64,000 nucleotides of DNA from Oopsacas minuta. Lineage: Eukaryota; Animalia; Porifera. Made by a program: the position numbers and the translations under genes. The stretch covers positions 420,946 through 484,945 of the forward strand of contig JAKMXF010000099.1 of assembly GCA_024704765.1 (NCBI GenBank), given 5' to 3'. The notes under the pieces are model-generated. The model made no database searches. It had not been told where the DNA came from and was given only the letters and a program-made list of their open reading frames with translations. Below are positions 52,427-64,000 of the stretch, in pieces (the stretch's first letter is position 1; the number at the start of each line of letters is the position of its first letter).

Positions 52427-55400
52427 ACGAGTGTTATCTTAGCAACCGATTCAGCAGCCGATTCAAATCCCCACTAAACACCTTTTTCTCAAAAAGTATG
52501 GGTTCTATTTTGAAAAGGACCATACCAGTGCCAAGAGGAAAGTTGGTACATTTCATATCATCACTCATAATCGCCAAATTTTACATGATGAGTAAGCAAT
52601 TTTGCATTACATTTTGGTCGAGGTTTTTTATTAATATCTCCTGAAATAATTATGATAGCAACTTATCATTTTAATCATATTTACATCTTACTTGGTATAT
52701 TGTGCATATCCAATTTGAAATTAAAATTATTATTTTTTGAAAAAGTTATGAACGCCCGAACTTTAAGTAGGAATTTACATAGACGACCAGTTTTTGCTTG
52801 ATGATTTGTATGCTTTGTAGCTATGTATTGATTACTTGAATATTCTTAGTGTAAATTTACTTATGATGACTAAATTCTTGTAGTCAAATGTATTCCTTCT
52901 CAATTATTAGGACCAGTTATGTCTGTTTAGATTTTTGAACTTAGTAGTAACTTAAGAATTTAATATCAATCAACAAACATTTGTAACACTGTAATTGATT
53001 TATTTCGTTTCTCACAACCTTAATACTTTTGATATTCTTCAACTTCATTTTATTTCAACTTCATTTCTTCCACAAATTTTCTTCATACAACAGTCCTACT
53101 AAATTTCATTTCAATTCAATCATGTGAGTATCTTTCTTAATTAATTTTGTAATGTTACACATAGTCAACTCCCGTTATATCAAACATGGATAATTAGAAA
53201 TCCTCGCTATATCGAAGTCTGAGATTATACAAATATAGTCACAAATCGTTAAAGAAACATAAATGTCATCGGTTATATCGAAATCCACGTATATAGAAGT
53301 AATTATTGCGGTTCCTTGCTTCCGATATAAGGGGAGTTGACTGTAGTTATATGCAAATGTGTCATAAAATTAGTCGTTCTTTTTGGCATAGATTGTGTTC
53401 TTACTTCCAACCAAGACATCTCTGGAACAATTTGTAACTGCAATTACCCAACTGGGCTACAATGATTTTGATAAACTTAAGGTAGCCTTGGATAACGGAG
53501 ACAGGCGAAGGGCGAAGTCAGTATGGGAAAGTTATCCATTCTCATATTCAATAAGAATAAGCCAAACACTCGTGCTCCTCTCTACTTAAAATGGAAACTA
53601 AATCGCAATCATTTTCAGGATTATATAAAACAAAGTATGGAAGGCAACAGCCGTAAGTTGAATAGCGATTCCGGTACTGATATATTCCAGTTGGCTGTAC
53701 ACATTAGCACCGGGTTAGATTCAGATAGTATTTATGTTAATAGTTTAGATCCTAGTAATATTAGTAGTAGTCAATTAGACACAGACTTTAGTGTAGATAA
53801 CTTGGAGCGGAAGTGTCAAATAGCAAATTCTTAGGCTTATTTGCATCTGGTTGCGAACAACCTGAACTATATAGTTTGAAGAGTACCCTGTCTTCTTCTC
53901 CTCCTCAGACTGAGGTCACCGATACCCTCTTTTGGACGTAAATTGATTGTGATAATCTTCTATGGTTAGACGCACTGAAATTTTTAGGGTCAGAATGTCC
54001 TCGTTTAGTGGCGAATTCATGCTCATTAATGGGATAATCTATGAGGAGTGCAAAAAATTTAATGAGTTTCTATATGAGCACCTAAGAAACTTCAGGCTTG
54101 TTAAGAGAGATAGTTGCTTATTAGAAGCATGGATATTTGTTGGCAACATCAACTGTCGAATTTTGGATTTGTTTGGAAGTGCTTATCTCATTATCACAGT
54201 TGCACAACTCGAGGAATTTCTTAACTTTGCTTTATCCATTCGAGAAAATATGGATCTAATATTTTCATTTCATTCAACTCTATCAGAAAAACTAGGCACG
54301 GTTAACTCTTCAAAAATTTCGTTGTTAGTTGATTCATATCCAAATATGTTATCTGAACTTGCACTTGATATTGGTCACTCAGAAACTAGTGTTATCAGCG
54401 ATAAATATAACGTTAATTATGTGTCACTTGTCCCAACCCTAGATCATGGTGATATTCTGGAAGAGGTAATCATTGACGAGTCCAGCACTATGGAACAAAG
54501 TACGGGTAGCTTTTTACTTAACCTTATAGAATGGGAATATATTACGAGAATCGTGGGTGATCGTGTTATACTTTCAAAAGATTGGACTAACTTATTTAAT
54601 TCCAAATAGGAAGGAATATTTCATTGTGTACTTTGTTTTAAATACCACAAAATAAAGTAATCTAAAAGTAGAAAACTGAATAGTTGTTCTTTTAGAGCAA
54701 ATGCAGAGTGTAAATTTCGCAATCGTGTTTTAATTTTACATTCATTATTAACAAGAATCCTCTTGAAAGTCACACCAATGATTGTATTATCGTGAATTAC
54801 ATAATTTCTGGTATTTTATCTGATGAGCATTTAAATAATAATATTGTTTACGCAAGAAATTTGTGTAATTCTATTAGGTTAAAAGTAGCAACACAAATAG
54901 CAAACACATCTGTAAGTAAATATTTCTATAACCAATTCGAGTCTACAGAAATAGAAATTTAGCGCTTAATTTCGGCAATCTAAACAAAATTAAAAGCGCT
55001 GCTGTATTAAGGAAGGAAAAATTTGATTTGCCAAGTTTACAGAGGTTCTCTAATGATAATTGGAGTGAATTGATTAGTTCACAACAGTATTATCAGAATT
55101 CTATAGTGGGTAGTAATGTTAGAGGGTACATTCAGTCATTAGGACATAACCCCTTTATTATTCATTTATATACTGAAGACCAAATTAAAATATTAAAGTG
55201 TTTTAAAGATTAAAGCATAATTCTTCACCTATATGCTACTGACTCAATCATTCGAAAGATTGAACCTTCCCAGCACAAAGTATTTTTTTATGCTCTCACA
55301 GTACAACATCCAACTTGTTCTACCAGTCCCGTACCTCTGGCAGAGATGATCAGTTCTGGTCATACTAGCGCTGAGATTAGTTATTTTCTACACAAATGGT

Positions 55401-58214
55401 ATCTTGATGCAAAGAAAAATTATGTTATAATATTGACATAGGAAAAATTGAGATAGATTTCAGCTGGGCGTTAATTCATAGTGTGTGTAATGCTTTTCTT
55501 AAATGTGACATCGATACATATCTTGATAAATGTTGGAATAGAGTGGATACAAATTCTGTCAATCAGGAACTAGAATTAAAATTGATTCTCCATTTATGTT
55601 CTGCCCATATAAGGCATGGTATTGGCTTTCACATTAATAGGAAATTTATGTTAAATAAAGAAGTGAGAAAGTTGTTTTTGTATTCCTTTGGATATCTGGT
55701 GCGTTGTACTAATATTACTCAAATAAGTTCTGTGTTTACTTCCTTGTGTTATGTGTTTAAGAGTAAATATATGAATGAACATGTATTAACCAAAATTAAA
55801 ACAGTAGAGTATTATATTAGTGACAGTCATTCTGATTTAGATGATACAAATGAAAGTTTATACGATGAGGATAGTGATAGTGATCCCATCGATATTAAGG
55901 ATGGTAAGACCCTAAGAGACAGATCTCCCTTTGGCAAACATTTTGCATGTATAAGTAAACAATGTGAAAATGCTATCAACAAATAATCACACCAAAGCAT
56001 TTGATTCGAATCCTTGCTATTATCCTAGCCTTATAGAATATATTTTAAATTACTACTTACCTATTCTGCCACTATAGAGTGGTATTATATTAGGTCCCCA
56101 CAGTGTTTCAGTTGGAAATAATTATTCGTATTATAGTAACGCCATTGTAGAGAACTGGATGCGTATAGTTAAATTAGATATTTTGAATTCGAAATTAAAT
56201 TTGAGGCCTGGAGATTTCATTAGAGTATGATATCCCGATATAACTAGTAGAATTTCCGCTTTCAATTTTGCTTTTCATCCCAGGGCTGATAAAATCTTTA
56301 AGGTCGTAAGGGAATAAGAGATATTTCAGAGGAAAATGTAGTGAAGAATGGCCCAGGAAAAAGAAACAGCATTGTGGCTATTTGAAGTCGAAAACACATG
56401 AATTTCCTCAATTTAATAGAGATAACACTGTCGTAAAAGATAAATTAATCCCTATTATGCGTCAGAAGTTGTCTACGTTACGTAAGATTTGCAAATCACC
56501 AGAAATTAAGACTGCGTCAATTATTACTGATGAAGAATTGGTAGAGTCAAGTATAATACGATATATTATACCAAGCTTTCGTCCACCACACATTGAATGG
56601 CAAATTTCTACCTGTAAGAAATGGAAACTACATTATGGTAATCAGATTGTCTATTCTTTAGATAATTTAATTGATAATGGTGAAGGATTATATGTATATA
56701 ATCCCAGAACAACAGGAACAATATCAAGTGATAGAAACTGTTATTTTTCTACAATCTCTTATTTGATAACAGGTAGTAAAACCTATCATAAAGAATTACG
56801 GGCAATTATCGTTGAAAGCATGCTTGGTAAATTAAGTGCGAGTTGTAATGCGTTTTGCGTACTAAGTATGTTTATACTCAAGGTAATTTAGGAATATTCA
56901 GGATTGGGTAAATAAAATGGGGATGAATAAGGTTAGGAAATGGGCTACTGACTTAGAGGTATTTGCAACTTCGTTGTTATTTAATATAGATATTTGGGTG
57001 TTTTGGGCCCTACTGGAACTCATTGGGCTAGGTTTTCAGGTAATGGATCAAGTTTTGATCAATTATTAAAGGAGCCAACTTCAAATGGTTATATATTCAG
57101 AATTTAGGTAATCATTACCAGCCCGTACTATCTCTAATTTATTATTAAAAGAAACCTAATCATTGGTTTCAATTTATGGCAGCGAAAATTATATATTTAC
57201 CAATAAGATTATTAGTGAAACAATAAATATTTTGTATAAATGAATCTTGAATATTTTGTGAGAGCTCATCTAAATATGTAAATTGATTGCGACAAAAATC
57301 ACAAATGTAAGTATATACGTATATGTATCGACAGTTGGATTATATGGAACAATTCTATGACCTTTTCTCTAACCAAGATACGTTTAAAAGCTGGATTATA
57401 TTGCGCAGGATTTGGAAACTAACACAACGCCAATATGCAAAGTTCTGGAAGATATTTTAATATTTAAGTAAATAATGAACATGAAATCTATATTCTTATC
57501 CTTACCATTATCTTAATCAATCTTGGAATTATATCTACAAATCTCTCTTACAAACATTTATTTTACAATTTGTACAAATTTGAATCAGAAAGAAGTTACT
57601 ATCTATTTTTTGGAGCATTCAATTAGTATCTTGTAATATTTTTCGATTTGTTTACCCTTTTCTATTCAAAAAGTAATGTTTTGTATAATGTATGATAACT
57701 GTCATTACAATGGTGTTGTGTTATTTATTATATTTCAAATATCTTCTGATTATTATCTAGAAACCACAATAGAATTGGAACTATAGAATTGAAAATGATA
57801 CTAAATCCTTATCAAAATTTACGTACACTAATCTCATACATACTTCATTATTGATAGTACAAACTGGTCGTCTATGTAAATTCCTATGTAAAGTTCGGGC
57901 GTTCATAACTTTTTCAAAAATAATAATTTTAATTTCAAATTGGATATGCACAATGTACCAAGTAAGATGTAAATATGATTAAAATGATAAGTTGCTATCT
58001 TAATTATTTCAGGAGATATTAATAAAAAACCTCGACCAAAATGTAATGCAAAATTGCTTACTCATCATGTGAATTTGGCGATTATGAGTGCTGATATGAA
58101 ATGTACCGACTTTCTTCTTGGCACTGGCATGGTCCTTTTCAAAATAGAACCCATACTTTTTGAGAAAAAGGTGTTTTAGTGGGGATCTGAATCAGCTGCT
58201 AAGATAACACTCGT
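52427..58214 (+). mobile_element. Mutator-superfamily NOF/Phantom-like transposon with ~370-bp TIRs and an OTU-like domain
   Basis: TIRs ~52427-52795 and ~57861-58214; TSD ttagttatt/ctagttatt. Degenerate ORF ~53400-57130 with LHL(Y)AT, EIDFSWALI, LHLCSAH (CxxH), NAIVENW, then SDRNCYF...WATDLEV...GNHY. Confidence 0.8.
53162..53343. mobile_element. pogo/Tigger-like MITE nested in the NOF-like element
   Basis: tagtcaactcccgttatatc ... gatataaggggagttgactg followed by TA. Confidence 0.75.
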
Positions 58215-58294
58215 CTAGTTATTTTACTGGTTTTGTTTCCGAGTGGTTAATTAATTATGAATTATTCAGCGTTTATTTGAAACTTGCTCATTAG

Positions 58295-58503
58295 GAAAAA
58301 TATATTTTGTCAATCATCAAAGCAGAACTACTCAATGGGAAGATCCAAGGATATCAATTGTACAACAAGTAGGGCTCCCTCCTGGCTGGGAGGAGAAATT
58401 TACTGAAACAGGCATCCGTTATTTTGTCAATCACATCTCTAGAACTACAACGCTTGATGATCCTCGCGAGACTTCTTCCGTGCACCACTCATCATCTGGC
58501 CAG
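58295..58503 (+). CDS. WWP1/ITCH-like: Exon: second half of WW3 and WW4 of the WWP/ITCH-like ligase
   Basis: Acceptor cattag (58293-58294); phase 1 completes Gly from 37882. [18 protein letters not shown]...[31 protein letters not shown]. Donor gtagct at 58504 is less certain. Not in the supplied ORF track (no upstream start codon). Confidence 0.92.
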
Positions 58504-60422
58504 GTAGCTAACTACTTTGATTATATTTCAATGTCGTTTGAAAATCGTGAATTTTCCAATATATTTTTGAATACTTAAATTTTTTTGTCAAATTTTTTGA
58601 AAATCCTGAATTTGGCTCCAAAAATATTCCCTTCCTCTGTATATTAAATTTATGTACTATACTTGGAATTATGAATTTATACAATATACTAGCGCTTAAT
58701 ATTTCACTTTTCTAATGGCTCATGGAATTTCCCGTACCATAGACGTTATACAAATATTGTTAGAATAGGATATGGACTCTTGAGTTGAATTCTACCGCTA
58801 GTTTTTGAAATGAAATGGATTGCTATTAGAATACATACTCACTATAATGGCGCAACAGTGTTCATAATGTTATACACTGCAGTAACTTTAATTTCTCCAG
58901 ATAAATTTGAAACGAGAAGGTAATAATGAAAATGAAATTAAAATTTTGTAAAATACGTGAGTTCATGACCAGATTAACCTATCACTAATTGTATGGTTCG
59001 GTTTGTGGCCAAGTGACCCGATTAACCAGGTTGACCCAATTAATGTTGGCTCTATTTAACGGAGACTACTGTATCATATATGTAAATATTTTTGTTAAGG
59101 AGTAGCTCTTCTTGGCTTTTAGAACTTGCATATTTTTAGAGGGCCATATAACTAAGCCCATGAGAGCATTTATACAATATGTTTTATGACAGTAACAATT
59201 TGGCTGCACACTTAACAACGTTCTGATACACGCCAGCTCAGAACCACTGGTCTTGTGAAATTCCACAGTAATACAATAATTATGTTTAAGAAATATAGTT
59301 TGACAAAGGGAATATTTTATGAGGTGGTAGAGTCAGAAATTGTGGAGAGGCGCCCCCTACTTTGAACTACTGGGTGCCGGGAACCCCAATTTGGCTATGT
59401 TTATGCAAATGGATCGTAACCAATTATGCGAATTTATCTAAATCAGTGGTCCATTAAAACTATCAAAATTTATGTAAGAATAGTACAGTCAACGTCCGTT
59501 AACTCATGGAAAGCCAAAATCCGTTCGGCATAGCGAATGTTAGATATAACGGATGGGGTCCATCTAAGGATCCAAATTCCCCTGTGACGCTTTTAAAATG
59601 ATTAAGAGCTGAAATTTGTACAGATTATTCAGTTTTTTGTGATCTTATCAAAAAAACAATAATAAACATAAGTTGAAAATTCCATCGTAAATAGCTTGCA
59701 GAAGTCAAATCAAGTTTGAAACAGTTAATTATTTACCAGGTACCAATTTTAATAGAATCTTAAATGGAAAATATTCATGTAGATTTGAATTGTGGGGAAT
59801 TTTTCCTGATCAATCTATAGAATTAAATAATGTTAAACTTATTCTTACACATATTTCTCCTTGTCCTTTATAAATTAACATAACAAATCTGCTAGTTCTA
59901 TTAGGTTCATTGAATCGTTTGTTATTGTATTTACTGAATTATTAACTAATAATTCTCCCATATTTTTGCGTACACTAGAAGATAAACGTAGACTGTCATC
60001 TGCTTGCTCTAGGGAAGAAATCGAGTAACGCTTAACAACTACGCAAGTGTTTGACATGCTTCTTTCAGCATCTATAAAGATTATATAATATCTAAACCCT
60101 ACAATTATGGAATTTACATTCAGCTCTAGCTGTGAAGAAAGAAACGTAATTTACTTTACGACTGTCAGTCTTTTTCAACCAATAATTCATAAGTTCGAAA
60201 CACATATTATATTTAGGTCATGAAGTTTCTCATAAAAGATATTGGTCCAATTCCTGGATAATGACAATCAATTTTAATTGGTAATAAATATGCCATCCCA
60301 TTCAGTCTTTTCGAGTTAAAACTCTCCAGATTCACAACTTCTGGGGATTGACTGAATGGTTGAATCTGGTTGAATTGTGCTATTACAAGGCTGCAACCGA
60401 AAGATTCAATATTCGATTCAAC

Positions 60423-62359
60423 CAGAGGCGTAGCTTGGGTGCGGCACATGCGCAGGGGCTGTCCCAGGATTTTGCATACCCAGGGAAGGCCTGGGCGAAG
60501 ATTCAATCCTGGGAAAATCCTGTGATTGTGCCACATGTTCCCCTAGGCATTAGGGTAACATGTCCTTTGGGTGAGTGTTTCCCTGGACCTCTGACCCTGT
60601 GAGGAGTCCCCTAGACATCTAGCCCTAGGGTGAGGAGTCCTCCAGACATCTAGCCCTAGTACGAGATGTCCCTCTTTGGGAACTCTTTCTATTAATACAA
60701 TAGACACCGTTTAATAAGGTTATATCGGAACAGTGTGTATTTGGATGCGGGCGGGCAAAGTATAGTACAATTTCAGCAGCCATTAAGGGTTTAAAGTGCC
60801 GATCCTTAGACTCAAATAGTACTGGATCAGTATATTCCCGTCCAAGTGCAACCAAGCATACCCGGATTCTTAAAGAGACACTGGTAGGTGAAGAAGTGAT
60901 TCTCAACCGACTTTCGAGCTTAATTCGCCTTGAGGCAAATCTGTAATACTTGGAGTATCAGAATACAATATATTTCGGGATTAAAGGCTCGCGACGCACA
61001 CTTAAACTAAATCGGGAGAATATCTACGAAATCAAAGGGTTGAAGAGTATTAAATATAGAGAAATATTATTTAACTATGGAATATTGGGTTCAATAGGGA
61101 TGTATAGATAAAATCGGGATAACATAGCTCCCAATGGTACGTGCCGTGGGAATTGGGATGCTTGAAACGATTTCGCGAGGATTGGACAGCATGTATACAT
61201 TATGCCACTCTATTGACGACAATGTTTCCACCACAAGTACAAGTAGTATTAGACTATTAGTATCATACATAGGCGAAGAATTTGGGGGCTTTAGACCTCC
61301 TACTGGATTCGTTCCATCCCCGTAGGCTAATATAAAGTATATGTGTGACCCCTCCCTAGAACGTTCGAGTTATGGGAAAGTTTGCCACACCTGATATCAT
61401 AAATCAGAGGTCCCCAACCTACGGCCGGCGTTCCCAAAAGTTCTGGCCCGTCAAACCCTAGCTCAAATTTGCCTACTCTTATGTATTCGCTTACTACTAA
61501 CAAATTAGTGCCACTTTGCCAACTCAATGAAGCGTATTAATTAACACATTTTTCTGATTACTGCAACAGTGAATATACAATTTTGGCTCGCCTATATGTA
61601 TTCTTTAATACTATTCATATATTGTGTAATCTCTTGTTTACTGTCTAGTTTGTTTAACGAATGCCTACATATATACGTAGTTTCTCATTAACATGTTGGT
61701 AAAGTGTAGTATTAGTTCAATGTTAGTTACTAAGAAATGTGTGAAGTAGTCCTAATTGCTTACTCTTAGGACATAGGACATAGGGTATAGAAGAGAAGTA
61801 TGGCCCGCCTGACTCACATATTACTAGGAACTGGCATTTGGTTCTAAAAGGTTGGGGGACCGCTGTCATAAATGAACTAGAAATACGTAGTCTAAAGCTG
61901 ATATTCGATGTTTAGGGTATAGCATTGAAAATCGGGGGAGGAACGCGAACATATCCCAAGGAAGATTTCTCATCCTAGCGTCACAAATCCGGGGACATTT
62001 CGCCCTAGAGTCACAGATCCGGGGGGACATTTGACCCTAAGGTGAATTGTCCGGGGGGCATTTCAATCTAGTGCCAAGAGTCCGGGAGACACATGGCACT
62101 ATGACACAGGGCACAATCTTAGGTGGGGGATATGCCGCGTGTGCATTGGCGGTCCCAGGGTGGGAAATACGGGCATTAGCCCAATATTTGAAATCTTGGC
62201 CCCTACCCGGACCCGGTTCTACCAGATCCTCAGAACACCACTGCTAAGTATATAATAAGTTTTTGCACTGTATTTGAAATATTGGCCGGGCCTTGGGTAT
62301 GCAAAATCTTGGGACCCGTGCGCTTGTGCCGCACGGCCCACATCCGAGCTACGTTTCTG
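60423..62359. mobile_element. Non-autonomous TIR element with ~70-bp GC-rich inverted ends and ~31-bp subterminal tandem repeats
   Basis: cagaggcgtagc...caggattttgcatacccag mirrored by ...gggtatgcaaaatcttggg...gagctacgtttctg. Tandem units at ~60600-60660 and ~61975-62070. Confidence 0.7.
61405..61865. mobile_element. Charlie/Buster-type hAT MITE
   Basis: cagaggtccccaacct ... aggttgggggaccgctg with a perfect 8-bp TSD tcataaat (61397-61404, 61866-61873). Confidence 0.9.
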
Positions 62360-63088
62360 ATTGATCAAATATTGAATCATTTGGTTGTACCCTTGTAATA
62401 ACACAAGTTGAATTTGGCTTGAAAGGCAGAACATGGTAGAATATGACTGTATTTCCACTAGATTCTGCCTTTTAGTCAAATTCCAACAAATTCCACCATT
62501 CAGTTAATCCTCAACTTTTTTTGGTTTCAATTTGAACTTCAGATTAACCTCTAACTAATTTGGACACTTTTAAATTCCAGTACACATTTGGATGCCAGCA
62601 TGAGGAAGTGGAAGAGGTTCAAATAAGCTTTCAACTTTAACAGGATGCTCAATTTTCCAACTTTCTTTTTTCACTGGTGATATTTTGAATGATTTCACTA
62701 ATTCAAGTACCCAACTAATGAAGTCATTCAAATATCACTAGTTAAAACAAATATTTTTACAAAACCTTAGTATAGATACTATGTCCTGGTTGTGTCACGA
62801 CTAACCACAAAACTGATAGTGGACTACACTCATCAATAATCCAATCTTAATGAATTGCAGAATTCAATCAACATTTTGTGAATTGGATAATCCATCGCAC
62901 CACCATAACCTACAACTAACTTCAGAGGTTTTAAAGAAATGATAATAAGAATGTTCTTCTCAATTCACTAAAAGCACTATTAGGATCGTCTCGTAAATTT
63001 AATACAAGTGCCAGTAAATCTAGGGTACCAAAGGAGGAAACTGAAGTTGAACAGAAATCTACACTCATACTTATATATTTAATAATAA

Positions 63089-64000
63089 CACTGCCCTGCG
63101 TCAAATTTGCTGATTATTATCCATGGGTTGTTTTTAGTTAACTTGAGTGCTGATTCTCAATCTGTCATCAGAATTCCCCTATCACGTCTCGTTTTTACTC
63201 AAATGTCATTTTAATGTAAGTCGATTTTTTTAAGTACACTTCCCTAGAATAAATGATTATATTTGATACATGTGTGAATTTTTGTCTTTTGAAATAAACA
63301 GATGCGTGCTTTATTGCATTTTCTAATTAGTCCCTTTTACTCCATTCTTTTCTACATAATTTGTTTTATTTTTATTTTTGTTATATACAGCTTTATTGTA
63401 CTATAGTCTACTATTTTGATATTTTATTATCATATGGCTTATCGGAGAAGGTGCAGTAATGATCCAGATGTCTTTTGTTACATTTGTGGGAGTTTTATGA
63501 CTTCTAAACAAACTACGGCAATAACAGGATTTGTTAAAAAAGCATATTTAGAATATTTTGGAATGAGATTAGGTGATCAAGACAAAACATGGGCTCCACA
63601 TACAGTGTGCCGATCTTGTGTAGAAAATTTGAGACAATGGACAAAAGGAATCAGAAAGAGTTTAAGTTTTGGAATTCCAATGATATGGAGAGAGCCCCAA
63701 AATCACATTAGCGATTGTTACATTTGTATGGCGAATATTTCCGGATTCAATGCTAAAACCAAGTCATTGATCAAGTATCCAAATTTACATTCAGCAATAT
63801 GACCCGTTCCCCATTCTATTGATGTACCTGTTCCAAAATTTACTAATTTGGATGTTATCTCGGAAATTGATGATTGTGAAACTAGAGATTCATTAATTAG
63901 AGAAGATGAGGATTTTATTCCGTGTGTATTATCTCGTTCTAATTCTCCACAGTTATTTAATCAGTCTGAATTAAATGATTTGGTACGTGATTTAGATTTA
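63089..64000 (+). mobile_element. Chapaev3-type transposon, 5' end (runs off the window); ORF from ~63435
   Basis: TAA followed by CACTG terminus. CSNDPDVFCYICG, GDQDKTWAPHTVC..C, PMIWREPQNH.SDCYIC, YPNLHSAI*PVPH: the characteristic Chapaev3 N-terminal Zn-finger region, with a stop at 63800-63802. Confidence 0.88.

Larger units (their letters stand above)
59870..62760 (-). pseudogene. Possible hAT-type transposase C-terminal relic, split by the 60423-62359 insertion
   Basis: Minus ORFs 62219..62479 and 60213..60536 appear to join (YLIN|VESNIES) across the insertion. A distal SNTCVVVKRYS segment weakly resembles the hAT dimerisation motif. Confidence 0.3.

Noticed and set aside
60600-62070. 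~31-bp repeats as a CRISPR-like array
   Set aside because: Units are contiguous with no unique spacers, only 2-3 copies, eukaryotic context, no cas genes.
58504-63088. HECT-domain exons downstream of WW4
   Set aside because: No GEEGxDYGG or other HECT motifs found by eye; presumably beyond the window.
1-64000. rRNA, tRNA or prokaryotic operon features
   Set aside because: None recognisable; low coding density, spliceosomal introns and metazoan TE families indicate a eukaryote.

Overview
AT-rich eukaryotic (invertebrate-type) genomic DNA; the species cannot be identified from sequence alone. The only host gene I can support is a + strand NEDD4-family HECT E3 ligase of the WWP1/WWP2/ITCH/Su(dx) type. 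It appears as four phase-compatible exons: the end of the C2 domain (337-501), an S/T/P-rich linker (31900-32089), WW1-WW2-half of WW3 (37502-37882) and the rest of WW3 plus WW4 (58295-58503). That is under 1 kb of coding sequence in 64 kb; the 5' exons and the HECT domain lie outside the window. Nearly everything else is intronic, nested transposon material, mostly cut-and-paste DNA elements: P/THAP (three relics plus a foldback MITE family with 7-bp TSDs), four Tc1-like elements (DD37E spacing in the three that keep the motif), mariner, hAT (Ac-like, Buster/Charlie), MULE (MuDR-like and NOF/Phantom-like with an OTU-type protease domain), Chapaev and Chapaev3, pogo/Tigger MITEs, and Ty3/gypsy relics. 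The most unusual items are: a Chapaev derivative built from two 3' ends and flanked by a 4-bp TSD; a 5.8-kb long-TIR Mutator/NOF-like element with an OTU domain ending 80 nt from a host splice acceptor; a long-TIR (Galileo-like) P element; near-fully palindromic ~1-kb P-family MITEs; and a compound microsatellite inside a Tc1 transposase frame. All identities and family assignments were made by eye from motif recall; no database searches were run.
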